A stretch of 33,466 bases of DNA from Octopus bimaculoides. Taxonomy: Eukaryota. The notes under the pieces were generated by a model. That model saw nothing but the letters and a program-made list of their open reading frames with translations, made no database searches and was not told the origin of the DNA. Numbering within the stretch: position 1 is the stretch's first letter; every line of letters begins with the position of its first letter. Shown here in pieces: positions 21,604-32,652 of this stretch. The position numbers and the translations under genes are program-made. The stretch spans positions 43,724,360 through 43,757,825 of the forward strand of contig NC_068985.1 in the NCBI RefSeq assembly GCF_001194135.2. Direction: 5' to 3'.

Positions 21604-22186
21604 AATAATTTTTTAATCAGTTTATTTACCCGCTTGGAAACACTAGAAATAATCCAACTAACTCTTCTTTAATATCTATTCGGTTACCTTGCCTTAACTT
21701 ATGAGAGAAAAAAAAAAGAAACCTGAAGAAATCTCAGTTTTCACAATAACGATGACTAATTAGCAAGTAAAATACTATAAGAGTATAGCTAGCAAGTTAT
21801 ATAAGTTGGATTTTATTAACGTAATGCAGCAGAGTTGTTCTCTTCAAGTGGCGTTGTTAAACAGATAATGGTACTGGAGATTCATAGAGAGTATTTCTAG
21901 TATAAAATAAAGATTGTTCGTGCAAGAAGACTTATGAAATACTTTAGATTAAATTGCAAACTGAAAATAACGTCTGTGTGAGGTTTCAACAGATAGATGC
22001 GGTGAAGAACGGAAAAAAGTGAAGCCCAATATCTTTCAGATTCCAAAAAAACACGCATGTTATATGCTGTTTTTAGATTTGCAATGCCTATTGACACATG
22101 TAAAAAAAAAAGTTTACACTGAAAGACAAATATTTTCTCATTAAATTCACAGAATGTACAGAAAATTTCTTTAAGCAGTTTCGAAA

Positions 22187-22498
22187 AGCGCAGGCATGGT
22201 CGTGTGGTAAGAAGTTTGCTTCCCAGTTACATGGTTTCGGGTTCAGTGCCACTACGTAGCATCATGGGCAAGTGTCTTTCCTCTGTAGCCTCGAGTTGGA
22301 CAAATCCTTGTGAGTGGATTTGGTAGGTAGAAATTGAAAAAAAAAAAAAAAACGATTATATATGTATGTATGTGTGTGTCTGCGTCTTTGTGCTTGTGTC
22401 AGTCTCCTCACCGCTTGAAAACCTGTGTTGGTTCATTTACGTTCCTTCAAGGCGGTGCTCTAGAACGGCCACAGTAATGACTGAAGCAAGTAAAAAGT
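22187..22498 (+). mobile_element. SINE family B with internal deletion
   Basis: gcgcaggcatggtcgtgtggtaagaag..catgggcaagtgtc..aaggcggtgctctagaacggccacagtaatgactgaagcaagtaaaa. Confidence 0.85.
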
Positions 22499-22748
22499 AT
22501 TACAGAGTTAAGATGGCAGAAATTAATGTTAAGATTATAGTGNNNNNNNNNNNNNNNNNNNNNNNNNNNNNNNNNNNNNNNNNNNNNNNNNNNNNNNNNN
22601 NNNNNNNNNNNNNNNNNNNNNNNNNNNNNNNNNNNNNNNNNNNNNNNNNNNNNNNNNNNNNNNNNNNNNNNNNNNNNNNNNNNNNNNNNNNNNNNNNNNN
22701 NNNNNNNNNNNNNNNNNNNNNNNNNNNNNNNNNNNNNNNNNNNNNNNN

Positions 22749-22798
<50 letters not shown>
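22749..22798. repeat. (GA)n microsatellite at gap edge
   Basis: Directly visible. Confidence 0.97.
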
Positions 22799-22801
<3 letters not shown>

Positions 22802-24399
22802 GAGTGGGGAGAGAGATTGATCATTATGTGGAATTAAGTATTTTGCTAAAGAGCACAATTGCATACGAATAAAGAATTCATAATCCTAACGCCAGATTCC
22901 TGACGCCATTGAGTCTCTGCATTGTCACGGATAACTTAGATATACTGACTCACCAACAGTCGTAAGTTAGAGAATACTAATTCCAAAATACACAAATTCA
23001 GCATACATGAATTTGGTAATTTTATAGCAGGAAGTAAAAGCATCGCACGAGAGGAATTTTCGGTACAAGAAATATTTCGTACTGCAGAATCAACAAACAA
23101 ATTTTTTCTCTGCCTATTTTTCTTCTTCTTCCTTAATCAATATGAAGGGGGAAAAACGGAAATTTAAGATTAGGGTTGCTCAGAAAACGTTGAAAATTTT
23201 TTCCTATTTATTCCAAGTTCTCTCCTTGGCAGAATTTGGAATAAATAGAAAAAAAAAGTATATTTAATCTGTATTTCATGGCATTTAAATGAATTATGAA
23301 TGTCTGAATATCGATTTATTTTGATTTGGAAGGAGGTGTAGATGATTCAATTGATCATGAAAAGATGAAAGGGAAATTCACCGTGGCGGTGTTTTGAACC
23401 CAGAAAACAAGATTAAAATATGGTTTCTGCCAACTTGATAATTCATTGTATAACAAATTAGAGAATACTTCACTAAAAAAGTTTTCCAAATAAAAAAAAA
23501 TTAAATAAATATGTAACTTTGCCAAGATAAACGAAAAAAAAAAAAAGGAGAAGAAAGAAAAATAATAGTAATAATTTTACGGGTTATATTTGAACATGTG
23601 TGCGCGGATAAATTGAATTCATAAAAAATATACAAACATAGAGGGGCGATTCTGTGTCGCCGAATCGCTAATACTGCTAACATTGCATTGAGACAAGTGT
23701 TGCTAATTTAGCTTTTTTGGAACAAAATCTCTCTCTCTCTCTTTTAAAAAATTAACTGCAGCTGCTCATAATTTACTGCCCTGCTCCTAATTAAGCCCTA
23801 ATTTTAATAAAGTAGCTTTCTTGTTCACTTCTTTCTTTCATTCATATGAGACATAATAGAAATGCACGTGAAAGCGTTTGTGAAGAATTCTGAAAATCGT
23901 TCAGTTTTTATATAAGCAAGGTCCAGTTAATCACCTGGGTGTTTAGCCTGCGTGATTGCAGTATTATTTTCAACATATCAGTTTCACGTTTATAATGTAC
24001 CAGTTTCACTTTACCATGCTGTAGCTGGCGCAGAATTTGTATTCCTATAGTACATTTGAAAGAAAAGTTTTACACATTTAAAAAAAAAAATCTAATATCA
24101 GTGTAACATTTTATTATTTGAAGAGAAATAAATCATTTATACAATAGGAGCAATCTTCCGGTTTATTGATAATTGAGATGGTTTATGAAAAAACTGAGAA
24201 GTTATAGTCAATACAGAGAAATATGAAGAACTTTTAATGTATTTTTGCTCGATACATATCTACAAGAGATTCTTTGGTAACAAATCCACAGCTGTCCTTT
24301 CTTTGATTTCATTTTCTGGATCGATATTCATGTTTGTCGGAGCGACGAGAACTATCTGATTATGCAAGGATATCTAGTGACTTGTGCATTGACTTTATT

Positions 24400-24700
24400 T
24401 AAAATGAAGAAGAGTTGCGCGCCGCCAACTTCATTCTTTCGTCCGTGACCATCTTCAATTCAATGGCAAGACCAAGTCGGGACGAAGGAGAGAGATGGAT
24501 ACGGATTCAATGGCTGACCAAAATGTCTTATTTGCCCCATCTTTTTCTCTGCATTCCACACTGTTTTGCTACATCTGTTTTCCTCTCTGTTGAACCATGA
24601 CAGTTTCTTTGTAGAGTCCACATGATCCAGTCGTCATTTTTGTATAGGCAGGCAAGCCCCAATATGCTAATTAATCCATAGCTGAGACCCTGGCAGATGA
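24400..24700 (-). pseudogene. Possible RTE-clade LINE 3' ORF remnant
   Basis: Minus-strand pieces GLYKETVM, GMQRKRWGK*DI and RTKE*SWRR loosely follow the RTE C-terminus GL.KTILQG..GRQ.KRW.DNI..DRE.WR. Confidence 0.35.
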
Positions 24701-26643
24701 TACGCTATGTTAGACAAGACCTGGGAACACTAGTAGCTAAGAACTGGTTCGACATAACTATAACATGTATATAATTATGTTCTGTATAATATATAAAGTA
24801 TGTACTAAATGTGTATATTGTAAATTAAATTTATTTTAAAAATCACGAAGAACTCATGTTCAGGATATAATGTTGCATAACGTTATATACAGAATATATT
24901 GAAATTTGTGTTAAAATTATTTTAAAATTACAAAAATCTTACTTTCTATATATTATATAACGATTAGACTTCATTTTGATCATGTATATATCGTTTATCC
25001 AAAATTGTAAATAATTCACGAAAACCAAAATTATAAACTGTATTCACGATTCAATTTCATTATTGTCACGTTCCAGTGACGAAAGAATATCGAATTTTTA
25101 GAATACACGCACACTCATTTGGAAAATAATTATAGAAACTGTTATGATATTTAAATTTTGTAAGTCAATGTTAAAATATCTAGCTCTTTTATTAGCTTCA
25201 AATTTTCACGTTAGACACTTTTTTTAGCTCCTTTTTTCGACAAATTAGGTTCCTTTTGAACAAATTCAATTGGCAACACTGCTGATTCAGATGACATGTA
25301 GCAAATAAAAAGCACCGTCTTTTTTCTTTGCATACGAAGATAATGAAGCAAAACTGTTTTCGATCAAAGGGATTTAGATATTGTCGTGTCATACACAGTC
25401 TGTGTGAACTGAAGATAAAACTCAGAGTTGTTTCACCTCAGCCCTAATCAGCCATTCCTTCTTGAAACCGAGATTTGATTGGAAATATTTAAAGTTTGAT
25501 AAATAAATATAAATTGTTTAATTCGTTTAAAAACCATGCATTGTAACGCTTCCTCGTCTTTTTCTCTTTCAAATATTAAAAACAATATCCTTTCTGAATA
25601 ACATTTCTGTTGAAATATTTGAGGTAAAAACATTGAGACACCCTCCACACAAACACAATAGAAACTCTCTCTCTCTCTCTCTTCCATAGATTTATATCTA
25701 TCAACTAACAAACGCACTTTTGACGGTTTAAGTTGCTTTGGTAGTATCTTTTTTCACCAGATAATTGAACTACCGAAAAGATTTATGAGTAGCACGGCAA
25801 TCTATGTTTCCGATTAACCTAGGAACGGAAAATCAAATTGAAGGTTGGTTATCGTAGAGGTCATTGCACTTTGATGATCATAGAACATATGTTTGCAAGC
25901 GATGCAAAATAGAGTTACTGAAGTAAATTACGGATCAGATTACGGATATGACTACAAAATATAGTTGTTTTACATGAAAGCGAAATTTCTTGTCAGAAAC
26001 AGCCACATAAAAGGTGTAAAGAAATTGAAAGAAGACGTTGAAACTTACCCTCTGCAAGTTTATTTTATTCAACAGCAAAGGGAGCTATTTTTTCGGAGAG
26101 ATATGCTAACAAAAGCTCCTTTATTCTGTCTTCCCACTTAACCTGTGCATAAACTAACAGCGAATGCCGCATGAAGTTAAATTGGTATGGAGCTTTCTGA
26201 AAGATACGTATAGCTTTCGCTAGTCGAAGCAAAACACATATTTAAAGGTCGATTCTTTGGGACGAATCATATGTGATTGTTTAAAAAGGGCTAGAACGAC
26301 AATGCTAAAACGTATTTGAAACAATGGACAACAGTCGAAATATCATAATGGATGGGTAAATAAGTATCCTTAAAGTGAAANNNNNNNNNNGGGCTAGAAC
26401 GACAATGCTAAAACGTATTTGAAACAATGGACAACAGTCGAAATATCATAATGGATGGGTAAATAAGTATCCTTAAAGTGAAACAATGCATTCGTAGGTA
26501 AACAAAGGTATCAACAAATAGAAGAGAAGGAAAGGAACATCACCTTTCAAGTAACTCAGAATAGGTAAAGGTAAGCTTGACAAAGTTTAATGTAGTTTAA
26601 ATATGGAGATTAAGATTGTTTGGTATTGGATATTTATCGCATA

Positions 26644-27172
26644 CAGTGTTCTTAGTCAATTTAATCAGCGTCGTAGGTGTACAATTGAAATAGAGAAAAT
26701 CCTTTCACTTTTATAAAAAGATTCAAAATGAATGGAAGACCCTACATACAAAAAAAAATTATGTCCATTTATATCCATTTACGCGGAAGCTCTGGGCAAA
26801 ATATTCTGCAAGTAATGGGTGTGAAAAGTTTGGTGAAAATCGGTTGAGAATTGTGGAAATTTATGTGTTCAGTGTTCCTTGTCAATTCAATCACCGTCAC
26901 AGGTGAACATTCGAAATAAAGAAATAGACAAAATCCTTTCACTTTTATAAGAAAAGATTAAAAAAGTATGGAAGACCCTACATACAAAAACTCATGTCCA
27001 TTTACGTCCGTTTACGCAGGAGCTCTGGGTAAAATGTTATAGTGCATGACCATCCTTGGGACACAAGTGATGTGTGTGTAAAGTTTGGTGAAAATCAGTT
27101 GAGAATTGTGGAAATGTATGCGTTAGTCATTATACACACACACATACTGTGATTTATATATACTAGACTAGA
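26644..27172 (-). mobile_element. Tandem Helitron-like 5' segments (~230-bp period)
   Basis: Duplicated blocks (cagtgtt..gtcaatt, cctttcacttttata, ggaagaccctacatac, aagtttggtgaaaatc.gttgagaattgtggaa). A|TC-type ends on the minus strand at 26721, 26957 and 27172. Confidence 0.65.
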
Positions 27173-27449
27173 TAAAACATGGTACTTGGAAAACTTCTGT
27201 TTTAACAATGGATAACTAGTATTGTTATGTATGTAATATGTCGATATTGACTGCATAAATTAGCACAAAATACATTTATAAGGGAGGACTAAGAGGGTTA
27301 GTTGATGTTCATGCCTTTACCATGAACACCAACAAAAAGTAGCTACAGAATCAATACAGAACACTGGGACGCAGATTTATAGAGGAAGAAGAAATGTGAC
27401 TGCGTGACGTGCATACATACTAACATCTTAGAATAGGTATTTTTTATAT

Positions 27450-27828
27450 TTTATCTCTTGTTTCATTCATTGAACTGCAGCCACATTGAGGTACTGCCTT
27501 GAAGGGTTTAGGTAAACAAATCAACCTCAGTACTTTTTTTTTAAAGTTCGGTATCATATCATTCTCTTTTTGTTGAACCGCTAAGTTAGGGGACATAAGC
27601 AAGCCAGCATCGGTTGTTAAGCGGTGTGGGGGAACAAGCAGAATCACTCATATATCCACATATATAATAGGCTTCACATAGTTCCCGTCTACCAAATCCA
27701 CTCACAAGGCATTGGTGAGCTCGGGACTATAGTAGAGACACTTGCCTAAGGTGCAGTACAGAGGGAGTGAACCTGAAATCAAATGGTTGCAAAGCGAACT
27801 TTTAAACCATATAGTCGTGCCTGTGCCC
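27450..27828 (-). mobile_element. SINE family B, near full length
   Basis: All modules present in reverse complement, ending gtcgtgcctgtgccc. Confidence 0.88.
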
Positions 27829-28464
27829 ATTTTTTCTTCTTTACTTTCTTTTTATTCTGAGAATTCCTGTGTAAAGGAAATTTAACGAAAATATTACAGG
27901 CGGGAATCGAGATTGAACAAGGAATACGTTTCAACAGAAGCTGTATAACACCGACACAAAAGACGTGTTTTTATTATTTATTTTTTATTTTTATAATGAT
28001 GACACACGCTGGCACGGAGAGTAAAGTTTCCTTCCATATGGCAAAAAGATTTATCGACTTATTGCATGCTACGTTCTCATGAACAGACTGTTTACAACCT
28101 GTCTGAATCAATTTCTCTACGACCAGTATAAATGTATTGATGACTCGTTGGAAGCTGAACACGATCTTATACAAATGAAGGTTTTTTATTTGGGGCGAAG
28201 GAAGCAACAAAAATAAGTTGAAAAGTTTAGTAGAGTAAGCAGAATCGAATTTGAATCCACAAATGTATTTATCTCATGAATCTTCAGTCTTTATGAGTCT
28301 TCTGGCGTTCTATTTATAATAGAAATTCAATCATATTGACTTCTTACTTTATATTTATTTATCTGCTAATATTGTTGATACCTAACTGTTCGAAGCCAAT
28401 CATATTTACTTCAAATATAGAAAGTATTGTTTAGAATTATGTTATGATCAGAAATGATAGACAA

Positions 28465-28560
28465 TGGACGCAAACTATGTTAAGACGTTCGCTTCACAAC
28501 TACGGATTCTGGGTTCGACCCCATTGCACAAAAACTTGGCAAATATCTTTTACCACTGTT
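28465..28560 (+). mobile_element. tRNA-like SINE B head fragment
   Basis: gttaagacgttcgctt..gggttcgaccccattgc..cttggcaaatatctt. Confidence 0.55.
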
Positions 28561-28635
28561 TCAACATCACCAATAATAACTTTTGAGCCGAATTAAGTAT
28601 TCAAAAACTGTGCAAAAAAAAACGCGCATCGTAAT

Positions 28636-28658
28636 GTCTGTCTGTCTGTCTGTCTGTC

Positions 28659-28713
<55 letters not shown>
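28636..28713. repeat. (TCTG)n(CT)n microsatellite
   Basis: Directly visible. Confidence 0.97.
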
Positions 28714-28986
28714 ATATNNNNNNNNNNTATATAAAATACAAATAATAAATGAGTATATGCATATATACGTACATGTATGTACATACCTACATCTACATGT
28801 ATATATAGATGCATATCTGGGTACAGGACGTTGCAAAAAAAAAACCTGGACAAAATTATAAACAGAGTACAGAAAACACACAGGCCACATAGAGAACATT
28901 TCCTTCATCAGCTGCCACCATTCTAAAACTAAGCGTTTCGAAGAGACAGACACAGGCACACACATACACACACATACACACACATA

Positions 28987-30256
28987 CACGTGGGTTGAGC
29001 CGAAAGTAAAGTGAGCGTAATTATTTTAACTAACATAGATCGTTCATCCTGCACATCTTGTCAGAGTACATCTTCCTCTGTAGTAATTCTTTCTTCATCC
29101 TGTTATTTTTCATTGCAGGTAAATAATGGGTTCCAAGTACAAGCAATATGTCGTTATTGAGTTCTTGACGAAGGGGTGTAAGATGGGAAGTTGCAGGCTG
29201 TCCGACATCCACGGAAGGCTACAGGTCGTTTTGAGAGATGACACCATTGACAAGGACAATGTGCATCGATGAAAGAAGATTAAAGACGGAGAAAAACTAG
29301 TATTGAAAACAAGACATGCACTGATAGACCATTAAGTGCTACCACTGATACAAATCGCTTCCGAGTGGACGAATTGATTCACGTAAATAGACGAACCACA
29401 ATCCATGAGCTTGCCCGCAAAACTGGACTGTAGTCACAAAGCATTAAAAAAGATGGTGGAAGACGGTTTTTGGAAAGTGAGTGTGAAGTGGGTATCTTGG
29501 CAGCTGAAATTCGATTTGAAAGAGAGAAGGATAGAAGTCAGAGTAGATCAGCTGCAAGTGTTTGAAGCCAATGAAGACACGTCACGGTTTTTTTTCCGAT
29601 CTGGTGACAGAAAATAAAAGGTGACTGTACCTTTATGATCTGGAAACGAAGGCTCAGTCGATAGAATGATGTGGCAGATCTTCTCCAAGACCTAAGAAGT
29701 TCAAGGTCCAGCAATCATTAAGGTGACTTATTTCGTATAACAATGGCATTATTCTCTTTAATTTTGGTACATAGAGATGCTAAAAATGCTTAGAGAAGCC
29801 GTTAGGAGGAAGAGATCGATCAAAAATCTGAAAATGATCCATAACCATAATGTCAATGCGCGACCGCACCCATCTTTGATAACAAATTAGGCAATCAGCA
29901 AATTGACCTGGCTAGTGGTTCCATTCTTCACCGAACAACTCGGATTTAGCGCCCTTCGGCTTCTACCTATTTGGTTCAATAAATGACAGCTTCGGACGTA
30001 ATGATTTGATGACACATACAAAGCGAAAGTAACTGTAAAAAGTGGGTAAAACTGTACGCACTTGAATCTTTTCAAAGAAGATTCGAAAGTTGGGTTCAGC
30101 GATGTTGCAAATGCATCGCTTGTGATGGAGACTACGTTGAACAGTACCTTTGTATAAATGAAGAGTTATACTGATATGTGCAATTTGAACGACCTATGTC
30201 CGTTTATAAAAAAACGTCATGCCCAATTTTTCCTTGCTTTCAGTAGAACCCTCGTG
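28987..30256 (+). mobile_element. Full-length decayed mariner (1270 bp, irritans-like TIR)
   Basis: TA|cacgtgggttgagccgaaagtaaag ... ccttgctttcagtagaaccctcgtg|TA: imperfect ~25-bp TIRs and a TA target duplication. Confidence 0.92.
29126..30174 (+). pseudogene. Mariner transposase pseudogene (several stops and frameshifts)
   Basis: MGSKYKQYVVIEFL; RRTTIHELA; KVSVKWVSWQL (WVPR-like); DLVTENK; PRPKKFK; NARPH; SDLAPFGFYLFG (YSPDLAP-like); CKCIACDGDYVE. Confidence 0.9.
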
Positions 30257-31483
30257 TATATATGTCAGTATCCGAAAAATTAAGTTGTTAATAGAAATAC
30301 CTAAATTCTACGGAACGTGAGTGAGTGCTTTTGTCTCTCTTTCGTTCGTGCACTTATCTGCATTAGCACGTGTGCGCACGTGCACATATATATATATGTG
30401 TGTATATCTCTTGTGGAGGTATATAGGCGAAGGATACTAACTTCGTAAAGCTGTTGCTTGTTCTTCGAACAAAGTCGTTTCAGATAATTGTCCTACAATG
30501 AATTATAGAGACTCTCTTGTTGTGGTGGTTGTTCTCCCAACATAAGTCCATTGATGCAATTAGAGTCGAAGTGGCTTGAGATTTAAGACTTTTGAGCAGA
30601 AGTTGGCAATGCGGAGTGAGTTCGGCTTAGTTCGGTAATATATATATATATATATATCGTTTTAGAAAAGCATAAAGCCAGAGAAGAAGTATTACTGGTG
30701 AAAGCCTGTTTATAGGGTTTCCCTGTGTTTCTTGCCGTATCTTCAGACCCTAAGACCTGTTGGCCCATGGCCTCTTTAAAATATGCTGGGGGAAACGATA
30801 CAGATATAAACAATGGGGATTATCTCCCTTTGCTGCTGGTCATCGGCTTCCGGCAGTGCCGTCCTCCTTCAGCTAAGCCATCTGTCGGCTGAGGGTAAAA
30901 GGTAGATGATTATCTCCTACTCTCATCAGCAATCAATTTCCAGATGTGGTGTAATTATCGCTAATATCGCTATTACACACACNNNNNNNNNNNNNNNNNN
31001 NNNNNNNNNNNNNNNNNNNNNNNNNNNNNNNNNNNNNNNNNNNNNNNNNNNNNNNNNNNNNNNNNNNNNNNNNNNNNNNNNNNNNNNNNNNNNNNNNNNN
31101 NNNNNNNNNNNNNNNNNNNNNNNNNNNNNNNNNNNNNNNNNNNNNNNNNNNNNNNNNNNNNNNNNNNNNNNNNNNNNNNNNNNNNNNNNNNNNNNNNNNN
31201 NNNNNNNNNNNNNNNNNNNNNNNNNNNNNNNNNNNNNNNNNNNNNNNNNNNNNNNNNNNNNNNNNNNNNNNNNNNNNNNNNNNNNNNNNNNNNNNNNNNN
31301 NNNNNNNNNNNNNNNNNNNNNNNNNNNNNNNNNNNNNNNNNNNNNNNNNNNNNNNNNNNNNNNNNNNNNNNNNNNNNNNNNNNNNNNNNNNNNNNNNNNN
31401 NNNNNNNNNNNNNNNNNNNNNNNNNNNNNNNNNNNNNNNNNNNNNNNNNNNNNNNNNNNNNNNNATATATATGTGTGTGTATG

Positions 31484-31520
<37 letters not shown>

Positions 31521-31914
31521 ATATATAGGTATATTTGAGTGTGAGTGTGGGTCTGTATGTATAAAGATATATCTGTCAACATCGCTCCACTATCTACACA
31601 CGTACGCTATTATCTGTAACACGTCTTCCCACTCAATTTCTTCATTTCCTACCCGCTTCAGCCTGATAAATGGTCATCTTGCTATGATTCTTATGCAGAA
31701 AAAAACATTTCTATTGATCATTACGTAAAAAAAAAAAAAAAAAAAATGACCGTCATTAACGCTTTTCAGTTTCGCATTTTCTATTTTTGCTCCTTTTCCT
31801 CTTTCTTTTTTTTCTCTTGGATTCTGTCTCTTTCACTCTATTCTCAGGACATATTTTTACTCACCTTTTTTAAAATTCTTTTCATAGGAGTTCTCCATAT
31901 ATCTACCCTTATAC

Positions 31915-32198
31915 ATAAGACTAATATAACATGAGGATGGAGGATATCAAGCTTTAATAGAAGATTTGTTTCTGCTTTGCCCAACAGCTTTGAATTGCTG
32001 AGTGTATATTCATTAGCGCCCACACATGTTTCTGAAAAATATTGAACTATATACAGTAATTATAAATAATGATTTTTTTTTATCATGATATATGAATATA
32101 AACTCAGCAACTTAAAGCTGTTGTGCGATGCAGAAACAAATGTTGTGATCTACTCTTAAAGCCTGATATCCTCCATTCTTGTGTTACATTATTCTTAT
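31915..32198. repeat. Long inverted repeat, ~100-bp arms, 78-nt spacer
   Basis: The reverse complement of 31915-32013 aligns to 32092-32198 (aatata.actcagcaa..aaagctgttg.gc...gcagaaacaaat; ttaaagc.tgatatcctccat) with one ~9-nt indel. Confidence 0.85.
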
Positions 32199-32583
32199 AT
32201 TAATTTTATTCTAGGAGGAGTTCCACGTGTGTATCCAGCTTTGAAAAATACCCTTCTATAGAATAACACCTGGTCGCCAAATAATGACATAAAGAGATCT
32301 TAAATGCACGTTACGAGGTTTTTACCCGAATTGTATTAAATGTCCTTATACATATGCATAGATACTGGGAGACGCTTCTTCCCCTCAAACTTCCGAATTC
32401 AACTCCTGCATACGTTTATGATTTTTTTCGTTGGTAATAGGTCTCTGTGCACGCACGCACATAAACAAATACACACACACACGTAAATGTTTTTCCAAAT
32501 AAAATTTCACAGAAACAACTGTAAGCTAATGAATTTCATGACACAATTTGTTATTCCTGTCATTTAATTTCTTTTACACGCGT

Positions 32584-32585
<2 letters not shown>

Positions 32586-32648
<63 letters not shown>
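32586..32648. repeat. (CA)n microsatellite
   Basis: Directly visible. Confidence 0.97.
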
Positions 32649-32651
<3 letters not shown>

Positions 32652-32652
32652 C

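Noticed and set aside
23905-23930. TATATAA box and nearby homeobox/E-box-like words
   Set aside because: Expected by chance in AT-rich DNA; no correctly spaced initiator or linked gene.
26049-26142. Minus-strand exon-like segment (cacag| ... |gtaagt; VKWEDRIKELLLAYLSEK...)
   Set aside because: Stops occur in all three frames; it could only be a non-coding exon and nothing else supports it.
26288-26483. Perfect 93-bp direct repeat
   Set aside because: The copies abut a 10-N gap exactly, the classic pattern of an unmerged contig overlap.
25780-26600. Possible transposase remnant (YVCKRCK, SILWDES)
   Set aside because: Isolated words in different frames with no consistent motif order.
28880-28945. 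Hammerhead-like cores on the minus strand (cGAAAc ... CTGATGA, type II order)
   Set aside because: Stems I and II cannot be paired. Probably a decayed Penelope-associated or unclassified repeat, not an intact ribozyme.
30830-30900. GC-rich patch with ctgaagga..ggcactgcc..ggaag on the minus strand
   Set aside because: Both catalytic core motifs deviate and stems I and III are not identifiable.
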